Below the pieces are notes generated by a model that ran no database searches, was not told where the DNA came from, and saw only the letters and a program-made list of their open reading frames with translations. 64,000 nucleotides of DNA. Source: a virus. The translations under genes were made by a program, and so were the position numbers. The stretch lies in the IMG/VR virus record IMGVR_UViG_3300037963_003542. The stretch is one strand, 5' to 3'. How positions within the stretch are numbered: position 1 is the stretch's first letter; the number at the start of each line of letters is the position of its first letter. This document shows positions 8,250 through 18,128 of this stretch, one piece after another.

Positions 8250-9943
8250 GTTTAATTCAAAGACTAACAAGAATAATAGCTGGTGAAGATTACGATCTAT
8301 CTCCATGGGATCCTGATCCTTTAGTAGACATAGAACCAAAAACTCCAATTGTTGGTGGTGATAAACCTGTAAAAATAAAAGCAAAAACTTCAATGATTCC
8401 TGCTGCAAAGCTTAAGCAGGAGTTGAAGAATTTTGCGAGTATGTTTATTCCAATTATTCCACCTTGGATGGTGGAGTTTGAGGAAGACGAGAAGCATTAT
8501 CTGGTGCCAAAAAAACAGATGAATATGTTAGTATCTGATGAGGATGTTGACGACTGGAATTACTTGTTGGAGAGATTCAATAATCTTCTTGCTAATTTAA
8601 CCAAGTTACTGAATAATATTAGAAAGGTTGATTATAATAAGATTGTTCATGATAAACTGCTTGAACGTGAGATTAGAAATAGAAAGATCAAGTTAACTGA
8701 AAAATTATTAGAGAAGACTGAGGAGAAGGAGGAGAAAGCATCTAAAAATACTCCTCAGTCTCAGATAGAAAATATGAATATGTTGATGATGGCAGTTGCG
8801 AATTCATTTATTCCAAGATCATCACAAAATGTCAATCCTCTGGATGCAGCAACACTTGAGCAGTTGAATGAAGATGGTTCTGCCTTAAAAGCAGCAGCAT
8901 TTCTTGGTACATTGGAAGCATCGTCACCACAAGATGTTGCTGATACTTTTCAGGTTATGTTGAATAGAGCATCAAAGAATCATTCTGGTTATGGTGGATT
9001 ATTTGAACAGATTACTGCACCAGAGCAGTTCTCTCCATATTCTGCTGCAATCTATGGTGATAGTGCTGACACCACCGCCGCAAGTTATTATGGTGGATTA
9101 GGTATTACTTTACAAGAACTTGCTGAGATGTCATCTGCTCCCGATGCATTTGAGCAGTTACAAGCTAGATTTGGAGCGGGTAGTGCTTCCATTGCACAAC
9201 AGGTCTTAGCAGATTTTGAGAGTGAGGGAACTTTATCTCAAAACTCTAAGGAGTTCATTGGTGGAATGGTTTCATTTAGAGGAGCTGGTAGTGATATTGG
9301 GGATAACTATAGTCAGAGGCACGAAGATGCTAATAAGTTTTTTGCTTCGGGTGCTATTGTTATTCCACAACTATTAGATGAATATGTGTGGTATAATACT
9401 AATGATAGGACTGATAATCTTGCCAAGTTTATTGTAGATAGACCAACGATTATTGATACTGCAGAAATAGGAGAACCGTTGATTGTTATTCCTACTGAGA
9501 GACCCATTGGTCAGCAAATTTTGAATATCTTATTCAAAGAACCATTTAGGAAGATTGAAAAGATTTTTGAACGTAATCAGCAGCAGAAGGAACAGCAGGA
9601 AGCAAAAGCACAAACACCTATTCAGAATAATACTACTTCTATCACTAGGTCACCTATTCCAGAATCTAGTAGACCCACATCAAATTATCTTCAACGTCAA
9701 CAACAATCTTCATTATATAATGAAGATATGAAATTAGAATCTATTGCTGGAGGATACTCTAGTGATAGTATTCAGAGCGGGATTACGAGGATTAATACTA
9801 AGGTCTCAAATCTCACTAGACAATCACAAACCACCACGCGCAGATCATTATCTAATATAGATACTGTATCGCAAAAAACTCAGAATGTTTTTGGTGCAAA
9901 AGTAATTTTAATGACACAAGACATCTACGCAACAGAGGAATAA
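8246..9943 (+). CDS. tail-associated protein with a cell-wall hydrolase (SleB/Hydrolase_2-like) domain
   Basis: LEASSPQDVADTFQVMLNRA...LFEQITAPEQFSP resembles the SleB-type E...V..V..NR......i....QFS motif; coiled-coil flanks. Confidence 0.55.
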   Translation: MSLIQRLTRIIAGEDYDLSPWDPDPLVDIEPKTPIVGGDKPVKIKAKTSMIPAAKLKQELKNFASMFIPIIPPWMVEFEEDEKHYLVPKKQMNMLVSDEDVDDWNYLLERFNNLLANLTKLLNNIRKVDYNKIVHDKLLEREIRNRKIKLTEKLLEKTEEKEEKASKNTPQSQIENMNMLMMAVANSFIPRSSQNVNPLDAATLEQLNEDGSALKAAAFLGTLEASSPQDVADTFQVMLNRASKNHSGYGGLFEQITAPEQFSPYSAAIYGDSADTTAASYYGGLGITLQELAEMSSAPDAFEQLQARFGAGSASIAQQVLADFESEGTLSQNSKEFIGGMVSFRGAGSDIGDNYSQRHEDANKFFASGAIVIPQLLDEYVWYNTNDRTDNLAKFIVDRPTIIDTAEIGEPLIVIPTERPIGQQILNILFKEPFRKIEKIFERNQQQKEQQEAKAQTPIQNNTTSITRSPIPESSRPTSNYLQRQQQSSLYNEDMKLESIAGGYSSDSIQSGITRINTKVSNLTRQSQTTTRRSLSNIDTVSQKTQNVFGAKVILMTQDIYATEE

Positions 9944-9944
9944 T

Positions 9945-11294
9945 ATGTCAGTCACTGATACAATCGTAAAAGCAACCGTATATGATATCCCCACTGTAAC
10001 TAAATTAGTTGAACTTGTGCCAGAGGGACAAGGTATTCTTTTTCCTGAGGTAATTTCATTTAATTATTATGAATCAGTGTTTGAAGATTTTATCACTGCG
10101 GAACTCACTATTTTAGATTCTGCAGGACTAGTTGATGAATCATTTGATAAATGTGGTGTGCGTCAATTTTGTCCCGTAGAAATTGAGTTTCCTGACCCCA
10201 GTAAGGGAACTGAATGGGAGAAAGATCGCCCTAATTTTGCATTCACTGGCAAGAATTGTTTCTTTGTTAATAACGTTTCCGATCAAATTATTCAAGGAAA
10301 GAAGAAGCAATATAAGTTACAACTTGTTAATAGGGATGCTGTCGTAGCATTGTCTAAGAACGTCAAAAGTTCTTGGCCACCTGATGATTCTACTAAAGTA
10401 GATTACAATACTGTTGTTGATAGCCTACTTACCAAATACATACAAACTGCCAAGAACAAGGAACCTGTCATGAAGTATATGACAGAGAGTATTGCGAAGT
10501 TGCAGGGACATAACTTTAAGGTCTATGAACTCCTTAATGCTATGTGTCAGTATGCTACACCTAAGGGAACTGATGGTTCTGGTCAAGAAGAAACTAGACC
10601 AGCTGGATATGCATTCTATGAGACATATGATGAGTATAGATTTGATCCAATTCACAAATTGATGACGGAAGCTTATAGATTGAAATCTGCTTATAAGGTT
10701 ATGCCTGTTAATGATGATTTAACGGGTCCTGCTCAAGCATCACAAACTATTTTAAGTTACAAGTTTTATGATGGTGTTACACAGAGCAGTTTATTGGAAG
10801 AGATCGCAGCAAAGAAGAGGGGTAAACCTAAGACTAAAGTTCTGGATGTTCAGCGAAATACGTTTACTGACATTGAGAAATTACCACCTAAAACTATTGA
10901 GGACAAGTGTTTGAAAGCTCCTTCTGATGGTGATTTTACAACAGTAAAATATCTTGAGCAAACGCAATATCAAATGGAATACTATAACACATGCGATGAG
11001 AAAAAATTGGATAATGAACCAACTAATCCAGAATTGACATCTTTGAATTATGGTGCTATGTTAGACTTATTAAGGACTAAAGTATCCACAATCAGAGTTC
11101 CTGGTAATTTGTCTCTGTCTGCTGGTGATCACCTCGAACTTGATTTCCCTTTAATTAAGGGAGACTCTGGTAAGGCAGCAGAAGCGAGTGATAAATATTC
11201 AGGAAAGTATTTGATTACAAGGGTCAACCATAGGGTTGAGGATATTACCCATTTGTACACGCATATGGAAATTTGTAAACTAGTAGAATCCTAA
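9945..11294 (+). CDS. putative baseplate hub protein (gp27/GPD-like)
   Basis: N-term YYESVFEDFITAELTILDS; C-term IRVPGN.SLSAGD.LELDFP...YSGKYLITRVNH; immediately upstream of gp5. Confidence 0.55.
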   Translation: MSVTDTIVKATVYDIPTVTKLVELVPEGQGILFPEVISFNYYESVFEDFITAELTILDSAGLVDESFDKCGVRQFCPVEIEFPDPSKGTEWEKDRPNFAFTGKNCFFVNNVSDQIIQGKKKQYKLQLVNRDAVVALSKNVKSSWPPDDSTKVDYNTVVDSLLTKYIQTAKNKEPVMKYMTESIAKLQGHNFKVYELLNAMCQYATPKGTDGSGQEETRPAGYAFYETYDEYRFDPIHKLMTEAYRLKSAYKVMPVNDDLTGPAQASQTILSYKFYDGVTQSSLLEEIAAKKRGKPKTKVLDVQRNTFTDIEKLPPKTIEDKCLKAPSDGDFTTVKYLEQTQYQMEYYNTCDEKKLDNEPTNPELTSLNYGAMLDLLRTKVSTIRVPGNLSLSAGDHLELDFPLIKGDSGKAAEASDKYSGKYLITRVNHRVEDITHLYTHMEICKLVES

Positions 11295-14200
11295 TGAACA
11301 CCGATTTTTCACAAAACCTGTGGTATCAAGGCAAAGAACTTGCCAAAGCAGGCACTACCATGCTTGGATGGGTTACTAGCGTCAAGTCAGAAGGTGGTGG
11401 GGGATATTATCAGGTTAGATGTCCTGCTATTCATGGATATTGTGATATTAATGAAGCGAATTGTGAGGAAGATGTAGTAGCAAAAGCAGCACTTCCTTGG
11501 ATTCCTTCTATTCAAACTGAACATGCTAATAGTGCTGTAAGACAAAATAATCCTAGACAATATTCTAAAGGACAATTTGTTGTCGTTAGGTTTGATGGAC
11601 CAAATTATAGTAGTCCTGTAATTATATCTGCCCATAAAGCAAAGCACCCAGTATTAGGTAAGAAGGAAAACTTTGATCAAAGTTCTCCATATGTTATTGC
11701 TGCTCTGGTAGAACCCCTTAAGGACAATGTAAGTACGAATCAGGGTGATAATGGTTGCTTTAAGGTTGTAACAAAAGCAGCTAAGATTACTGAAAACGGA
11801 GCACCTAAAAAGAAGACCAGCAAGTGCGGTGAAAGCGGCGGGATGCAATCGGAGGTTGGTGCTTTCATTGGTGAGTTCATGAAAATCATTCAGAACACCG
11901 ATGGTAAAATTGGATCCAAATTTGTTGATGGTGTAACTGGAGAGTTATTTGAAATTACTGGATATATCCAGCAATATATGTCTGCTCTAACAAATATCGT
12001 TAGCAGTGGACTGAAGTGGGTTAAAGCAATTATCACCAAGTATGTCAGACAAGCTATTGATATGCTGGTCAAGGCAATCATGGTTCCCATTACAAAGGTT
12101 ACTTCGATTGTTAATGAAACTATTGAGAAAGTTCTCAATATGATTTTCTGTAGCTTTGGTAATATTGATGCTATGATCTCCAACATGATTGAAGATCTGC
12201 TGAATACACTTGTGGATTCTGCTCTCAATAGCGTCTTTGGTTGTTTGAATACTCTGGTCGATGGTATTCTCAATGAGATCATGGGAGAAATTCTTGGTCT
12301 CGTTAGTGATATTATGGGTGCTATTGAGTCTATTGCTGGTATTGTCGGCGGATTTGGTAATCTACTGGGTGAGGCAATTAATGCGGTATTAGACTTCTTA
12401 GGTATTAGTTGTGGTGGTCCTGGTGATTGTGCAACTAGTGCATCAAATGCTCTTAACACTGCCTTCAACAATCCTGGTGAGTTTGGACTCACTGATGGCA
12501 TCAAATCAGGATTGCAAGGTGGTTTAGACGGTATTAATAATCTTACCAGTGATATTAATAAATCTACAGCAGCAGCAAATGCAGAGGCCGCGGCGTTTGC
12601 TAAGGGTGTTGACATGGGAACTGCAAATGTTCCTGGTGTTTCTACAGATAATCAAGCATTGAAGAATGCATTTACTACTGCAAATAACATTGCTGCTTCT
12701 AAAGTATCTAATGTCTTTGACTTCTGTAATAATTTGAGTGGAGGTAAAAATGCTAATGGATCTGAGTCAAAGCCAACAAATCCTGGCAATCCTGGTCCTT
12801 ATTCACCTAACACCACTTATGCAGTAGTTGTTGGTGATCCCAAAGACAGATATAATGCAGAATATGTTATTCTGCCTGTAAAAGAATCATCTAAAACTGG
12901 TAAAACTCAGAAGATAAAAATCAGAAGGAATGTAGATCATGAAGATGGTGTAATTGTTTTTGCTGTTCATCTTAGACCTACAGACACAGCTAGAGTTGTT
13001 GGTATCACTAAAAATCTTACTTCTGGTGGTGATTTAGAGATGGGAGATAAGTTAGGCAATAAGCAATATGCTACGATGCCTAAGAAATTAAAGTCAAAGC
13101 AAGAGTTTCCTAAACAGAAACGTGTAATTTCTTCTGAGAAAATATTGTTCCCTGCAGGGCAGAAGGAAGTGATGGTGGAGATCCCCACACTCAAGAATAA
13201 ACCACCAACAAATAAGGATGGTGATCAAATCGCTGAAGAGGTAACATACACTGCATCCATTTATAGATCTGTGGATGATCTTAACAAGAAGAAATATCCT
13301 TATACAAATCTTCCAGCAACTTCGGATTTGCTCAATAGTGCTACATTAAAGATCACCTTTGATAAAATTACTGACGATGATCCAGGCAAATCAGATATTT
13401 ATTTACCTCCAGAAATTCTTACTAAGCAGATCACTTATGCTGTTGGTAATGTCAGTGTAACTGCTGGCGAACCAGCACAATTCCAAGTAATTCGTAATCC
13501 TGTTGTTGATTTCTCTACTAGAGTTAATTGTATAACTGAAGTTGATACTGGTCAGGTATCTCCTGCTACGGAAGGAACTCATTATACAGGCGGTAGCGGT
13601 ATTCTTACATTTGGACCAGGAGAATCTAAGAAAATTTTCTCTGTTCCTACTATTCCTGATAGTGGTATTACAAATTCCACTAAATCTTTCTTAGTAAGAT
13701 TTAAGGACGAATTCCTTCCCATCAAAGTAGCTTCTAATCTTGGCGGTAAGGGTACTAAAAATGGAACTAAAATAGGTGCAGGTTTTACGAGAAGAGCAGT
13801 CATCAACTATGACTCTACCTTTAAACCATCCCCAATCTGTGAGGCAGAGATTCTGTTGACCACTGAGAATACACCATGTATTGTTCAGGAAGAAGATATT
13901 CCTTTGAACATTGGTTTTATTGCTAAAGCTAGTGTTGGTGGTTATGTTCTGTCTTATCAGTGGGAGAGGACATATGATGATCCCAAAGATTCTGCTACTA
14001 CTTGGACTACAGTCACTAATGGCACTAGAAGTGAAACTATTACGGAAAAGGTAACTACATTTGGTCCTTCCGACGTTACAATTAATGGCACTACTTTGGA
14101 TGGATGGGAGACAAATGATGTTGACCAATCTGTTAGTATTTCTTATTCTGGAGCAACAACTAATATATTGGCAGTTGCTCAACCATCATATCTTATTATG

Positions 14201-16057
14201 GATCAAGAGTATTATCGTTGTGTGATTACTGGAACGCCAGTTACTCCTTCTGCATATACTCCTACACTTACTTATACTACTGGACCAACCTATGTTGGTA
14301 TTACTAAAGAGGGGGTATATTCCAGCACGGTGAATTGTGCTCCTGCTGGTACTAAGGGCAACGGTCCTCTAGTAACATACACCAAAGCACCATCTATCGC
14401 TGGCACTGGTGAGTCTATGGAACTCTATGAGAACTATAGACCCAGAATGGTGTCGGAAAGTGTTGTCGGTGAAGAACTTACCGCTGAATTCCTTGCCGAT
14501 GGCTCTGGTTTAAAGGTTAGTGGTGATGTTGGACAAGGCTCCATTAAATTAAGATTTACATGGGATGATAATGTCAAAACTTCTGGTCAAGCAGTAGGTG
14601 AACTTACTGTTGCTGGTAAAACTTTCTCGCAAGGCAAGAAGGAAAAGGGTAGTCTGGATAAAACCATTTATGTAAATGCTGGAGAGACTTATCTTTTCCA
14701 ATATAAGACTGCTAAGAAACCTGCAAAACAACGCGGAACTAAGGTTATTTCTAAAGGTCAAGTCATTTTGTGGGATGATGATGCTAGTAACTCATTTGAT
14801 GAGAACGCTAGATTGACTATCCTTAAGGTTACTGGTAATGAAACCTCTATTAAAACCAAGCAGATCAATGATTTCACAGCAGGATTCTATCCTAAAGCAA
14901 TCGGTGAGTATGCACAGCACACTTATGGTGGACCTCTTAATTGGACTAGTTTAAGTGACTCTTATACAGGTGACTTTAATTTAGTTGGTGGTAGTGGAAC
15001 TGGTCTCAGTGTTAGAGCAACATTTGAAGCTTTCCCAGGCAAAGGAGGCAATCCTAATAACACAAGGTATAAGATTCTTGCGATTCTGAATGCTGGCGAA
15101 AACTATGTTGTTGGTGATGAATTATCATTCCCAGATCAAGGTGGATATAGTTTCAGTGGCATGGGAGAACTTGTTAAACTTCTCACTACTGATTTCGGCA
15201 TCAGTGATTTTGCTGGTGTCTGTGATGTTGTAGAACCAACTCAAGATGTTCCACCCCCTGTTGAAGAAGATGATAAAGATACTGATTGTAAAGAAGTAAG
15301 AGAAATGTTGGACAAAGATCCAAAATCTCTTACAGCTGTAAAAGACAAAGAAGGATATTGGGAGGATAAGGACGGCAAAGAATATTATTGTCCAGATGAT
15401 GATCTTATTGACGATCCTGAAGATGATGATGATGAACCTGAAGATGATGAAGATGATGATGTAGATCCCCCAGTTGATCCAACACCAGATCCTGATGATG
15501 ACGATCCCCTTCCTCCATCTACACCAGTTCCTGTTGATAAGGGTGGTGGTGTTATCACTGTTCCTATTCCACCTGGACTTCCTAAGTATAAGAAACCTCC
15601 ATTTATTCCCATTACGGGTCCTGGAACTGGTGCTGTTGCGAAAGCGGAACTTGATGATGATGGTAATTTAATCGATATTGTGATAAAATCAAAGGGTATT
15701 GGATATACCCCATCAGTTGATTATGAAGAGTGTGCAATCTTAACTAACATTATTATTACTAATGTTGGTGGGTATTATGAATTCTCTCCAACTGTATATG
15801 TTAATAATGATCCTACTATAGCAGTCGCTGCTATTGAAGATGGTAGACTTGCTGAGATCAGAATTACTAATCCAAAAGATATAGTTTATGATAGCCTCCC
15901 TGAAATTAGAATTATGGGTGGTAGTGGTTTTGGTGGATCTGCTCAACCTGTCCTAACCTTTGTTCCATGTCCAGAAGTTCCTGATCGTTATCTCAACGTT
16001 GTCAATAAATACAACGAGAGCAAACTCGGAACTGTATTCGTTGTAGATTGCCCGTAA
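11294..16057 (+). CDS. gp5: baseplate hub / spike gp5 N-terminal (OB-fold) protein with extra beta domains
   Basis: GWV.....YQVRCPAIHG...LPW...GQFVVVRFDG.....PVII OB-fold; helical mid region; Calx-beta/Ig-like segments (TFGPGESKK.FSVPT; YQWE...YYRCVITG); C-term GAVAKA..D..G....I.IK..G.GY repeats. Confidence 0.75.
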   Translation: MNTDFSQNLWYQGKELAKAGTTMLGWVTSVKSEGGGGYYQVRCPAIHGYCDINEANCEEDVVAKAALPWIPSIQTEHANSAVRQNNPRQYSKGQFVVVRFDGPNYSSPVIISAHKAKHPVLGKKENFDQSSPYVIAALVEPLKDNVSTNQGDNGCFKVVTKAAKITENGAPKKKTSKCGESGGMQSEVGAFIGEFMKIIQNTDGKIGSKFVDGVTGELFEITGYIQQYMSALTNIVSSGLKWVKAIITKYVRQAIDMLVKAIMVPITKVTSIVNETIEKVLNMIFCSFGNIDAMISNMIEDLLNTLVDSALNSVFGCLNTLVDGILNEIMGEILGLVSDIMGAIESIAGIVGGFGNLLGEAINAVLDFLGISCGGPGDCATSASNALNTAFNNPGEFGLTDGIKSGLQGGLDGINNLTSDINKSTAAANAEAAAFAKGVDMGTANVPGVSTDNQALKNAFTTANNIAASKVSNVFDFCNNLSGGKNANGSESKPTNPGNPGPYSPNTTYAVVVGDPKDRYNAEYVILPVKESSKTGKTQKIKIRRNVDHEDGVIVFAVHLRPTDTARVVGITKNLTSGGDLEMGDKLGNKQYATMPKKLKSKQEFPKQKRVISSEKILFPAGQKEVMVEIPTLKNKPPTNKDGDQIAEEVTYTASIYRSVDDLNKKKYPYTNLPATSDLLNSATLKITFDKITDDDPGKSDIYLPPEILTKQITYAVGNVSVTAGEPAQFQVIRNPVVDFSTRVNCITEVDTGQVSPATEGTHYTGGSGILTFGPGESKKIFSVPTIPDSGITNSTKSFLVRFKDEFLPIKVASNLGGKGTKNGTKIGAGFTRRAVINYDSTFKPSPICEAEILLTTENTPCIVQEEDIPLNIGFIAKASVGGYVLSYQWERTYDDPKDSATTWTTVTNGTRSETITEKVTTFGPSDVTINGTTLDGWETNDVDQSVSISYSGATTNILAVAQPSYLIMDQEYYRCVITGTPVTPSAYTPTLTYTTGPTYVGITKEGVYSSTVNCAPAGTKGNGPLVTYTKAPSIAGTGESMELYENYRPRMVSESVVGEELTAEFLADGSGLKVSGDVGQGSIKLRFTWDDNVKTSGQAVGELTVAGKTFSQGKKEKGSLDKTIYVNAGETYLFQYKTAKKPAKQRGTKVISKGQVILWDDDASNSFDENARLTILKVTGNETSIKTKQINDFTAGFYPKAIGEYAQHTYGGPLNWTSLSDSYTGDFNLVGGSGTGLSVRATFEAFPGKGGNPNNTRYKILAILNAGENYVVGDELSFPDQGGYSFSGMGELVKLLTTDFGISDFAGVCDVVEPTQDVPPPVEEDDKDTDCKEVREMLDKDPKSLTAVKDKEGYWEDKDGKEYYCPDDDLIDDPEDDDDEPEDDEDDDVDPPVDPTPDPDDDDPLPPSTPVPVDKGGGVITVPIPPGLPKYKKPPFIPITGPGTGAVAKAELDDDGNLIDIVIKSKGIGYTPSVDYEECAILTNIIITNVGGYYEFSPTVYVNNDPTIAVAAIEDGRLAEIRITNPKDIVYDSLPEIRIMGGSGFGGSAQPVLTFVPCPEVPDRYLNVVNKYNESKLGTVFVVDCP
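15405..15510 (+). repeat. acidic/Pro low-complexity linker in gp5
   Basis: DDDLIDDPEDDDDEPEDDEDDDVDPPVDPTPDPDDDDP. Confidence 0.7.
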
Positions 16058-16058
16058 A

Positions 16059-17258
16059 ATGCTAGATACCAAACAGTCGATTGAACAAGAATCCTCTAAA
16101 ATTCAGGAGGAAATGAATGAGGTAAGGGAAACTATCACTGATAGTTCCTTTACCATTAGGGAAACGTGTGGAGTTAATGATAGATCCTATGAGATGCGTC
16201 ATTATAAGGCATCGTTTATTCGTTGGCAGGAAAATGGAGCAGTTCTAATTAATGCCAGAAGTGCAACTAGAACTCCTAATGAAGGATACCTTGATGTTAA
16301 GTCAACAGGGTATATGCATTTTACATCTGAGCATGATATTAAATTAACTTCCAATGGTGCGAGAAACACTGGTGGTGGTGAAGGTGGCAGTGATGAAAAT
16401 AAAAGTATTGACATTTTTGGTTCGGGTGATATAATTGTACAAGGTAATGGCAAAGGTGGTATTGTAATCAATGCTGCTAATGGAGATCTTGAATTGATCT
16501 CTGGTGGTAGCATTATTATGAAAGCTGCTGATCAAATCAGTCTTAATACTGGTAGTCAAGACCCTGTTCCATTTGGACCCACTAAAAGTATTGGTAGTGG
16601 TAAATTAAGTATCTCAACTGGTCAGTATGAACTTTCTACTGCTAGTTACAAAGAAGTTGTTACTGGTACTAAGACTGTAGAAAACTATGGCGAAAACCTT
16701 GAGGAACAGAAATTAAATATCCTGCAACCTGCTGTTCTAGGACCAGGAGCACACATTACTACAAAGAATACAGTCGGCACTTTAAAACAAACTATTGGGC
16801 ATGACTATATTCTTGAAGTTGATGGCAAAATGAAAGTAAAGGTCAATAATAATCCTCTTAAAAAAGTTGGACCTTTGACATTAGAAATGCCTATGGAGGC
16901 AATGAAGACTGAGATTAATGGTAGTAGAACCTCTACATTATATCAAGATCCCATTCTTCAATACGCTCAGGACTTCACTAACATTCCTGTCGGTAATTCG
17001 TTTACTCAGATTACAACTGCTGCACCAGGAACTTCTGGATGGTCTGCTGCTACATTGGCAAAAGGTGATCTTGTTCTTCAAGCAACTGCAATCGGTAGTA
17101 TTGGTGTTCAAACTGGTCCTACTCCTGCTAACGTAATTCTACTCCAGAATCTTGGTGGTGGTGTTGCGATAACAGCATCAGGTGCTATGGGTATGATTCT
17201 TATGTTTGCAACAAAAGTAATTAACGCAACAGCACCAGTAGCAATTAACCTGAACTGA
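16059..17258 (+). CDS. putative gp5 C-terminal spike (beta-helix) protein
   Basis: Follows gp5-N after a 1-nt gap; beta-repeat character; ends INATAPVAINLN like gp5/VgrG C-termini. Confidence 0.55.
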   Translation: MLDTKQSIEQESSKIQEEMNEVRETITDSSFTIRETCGVNDRSYEMRHYKASFIRWQENGAVLINARSATRTPNEGYLDVKSTGYMHFTSEHDIKLTSNGARNTGGGEGGSDENKSIDIFGSGDIIVQGNGKGGIVINAANGDLELISGGSIIMKAADQISLNTGSQDPVPFGPTKSIGSGKLSISTGQYELSTASYKEVVTGTKTVENYGENLEEQKLNILQPAVLGPGAHITTKNTVGTLKQTIGHDYILEVDGKMKVKVNNNPLKKVGPLTLEMPMEAMKTEINGSRTSTLYQDPILQYAQDFTNIPVGNSFTQITTAAPGTSGWSAATLAKGDLVLQATAIGSIGVQTGPTPANVILLQNLGGGVAITASGAMGMILMFATKVINATAPVAINLN

Positions 17259-17590
17259 TGACACTTGGCAAACATTGTTTCACGGAGGTGTATGAATGCC
17301 CTCGTGAACTTCTTGATGATGAAATTTTTTTAAAAGAGCAAATCATTCAGTCTCTAAATAAAACTAGTTTAACCTTATTGGACATTTCGTCTCATAAGTT
17401 TGAACCACAAGGTGTTACTATAGTAGCATTACTCTCTGAGAGTCACATCAGCATCCACACTTGGCCCGAGCGAGGGTCTGCCGCCCTAGATGTTTTTACA
17501 TGTGGGGACACGAATCCAGAAGTAGCGATGATGCATATGATTGAGGCACTCAAGGCGAGAGATTACAACCTAAAATGTATCAAACGCTAA
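17258..17590 (+). CDS. speD: S-adenosylmethionine decarboxylase proenzyme
   Basis: GKHC..EVY.C...HKFEPQGVT.VALLSESHISIHTWPE.G.AALDVFTCG; self-cleavage site E|S intact. Confidence 0.95.
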   Translation: MTLGKHCFTEVYECPRELLDDEIFLKEQIIQSLNKTSLTLLDISSHKFEPQGVTIVALLSESHISIHTWPERGSAALDVFTCGDTNPEVAMMHMIEALKARDYNLKCIKR

Positions 17591-17591
17591 T

Positions 17592-17852
17592 ATGTACAAA
17601 GTAACCGCTAAACATGTCATCACCGATGAAGAAGGGATTGTAAAGGCATACTTTCTCAATGGTATTCCCTTTACGTTTGACTCTTTGGATGGTGAAACTC
17701 AGAATGATGAAGCAGTTTTAGCAGAAGTGATAGGTTCTCCTACAGTTTCCATTGAACTAATTCATCAGAAGTCTGCATATTTGTTGGAGGAAGGTTTACA
17801 CCCAATGTTGAGCGGTATAGAATTAGATCCCGAAAGCACTTTACCCGAATGA
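17592..17852 (+). CDS. hypothetical protein (cyanophage type)
   Basis: ORF track; YFLNGIPFTFD...LLEEGLHP; tight operon spacing. Confidence 0.7.
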   Translation: MYKVTAKHVITDEEGIVKAYFLNGIPFTFDSLDGETQNDEAVLAEVIGSPTVSIELIHQKSAYLLEEGLHPMLSGIELDPESTLPE

Positions 17853-18019
17853 AAATCAATCTCTGGTACTCACAACCCACAAGACAATGGCGGTGGACTC
17901 TTACTGATGATAAGGATCCCATGAGGCAAGAATCTGGTTCGCAACCATTCTTGCGTGACGCAATGGAAGATGTCGCTGACACTGTAGAATACATGCTTGA
18001 CACAATGCAAAATGAGTGA
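17849..18019 (+). CDS. small hypothetical protein
   Basis: Manual: MKINLWYSQPTRQWRWTLTDDKDPMRQESGSQPFLRDAMEDVADTVEYMLDTMQNE*; ATGA overlap with the upstream stop. Confidence 0.75.
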   Translation: MKINLWYSQPTRQWRWTLTDDKDPMRQESGSQPFLRDAMEDVADTVEYMLDTMQNE

Positions 18020-18052
18020 TACAATTTAATTTCCGTGTGAAGGAAGTGTTAG

Positions 18053-18083
18053 AGATCAGGTACTTTGTGCCTGATCTTTTTTT
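18053..18083 (+). terminator. rho-independent terminator
   Basis: AGATCAGGTAC-TTT-GTGCCTGATCT stem followed by a T run. Confidence 0.8.
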
Positions 18084-18087
18084 ATAG

Positions 18088-18094
18088 ATAAATA
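18088..18094 (+). promoter_or_regulatory. late promoter ATAAATA
   Basis: Between the terminator and the fibre ATG (18129). Confidence 0.7.
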
Positions 18095-18128
18095 ACCCAG
18101 AAGAACCATTTTTTGTAGATAACTTCAG

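Noticed and set aside
16050-16062. Frameshift or readthrough linking the two gp5 genes
   Set aside because: Simple TAA-A-ATG coupling with no slippery heptamer or hairpin visible.
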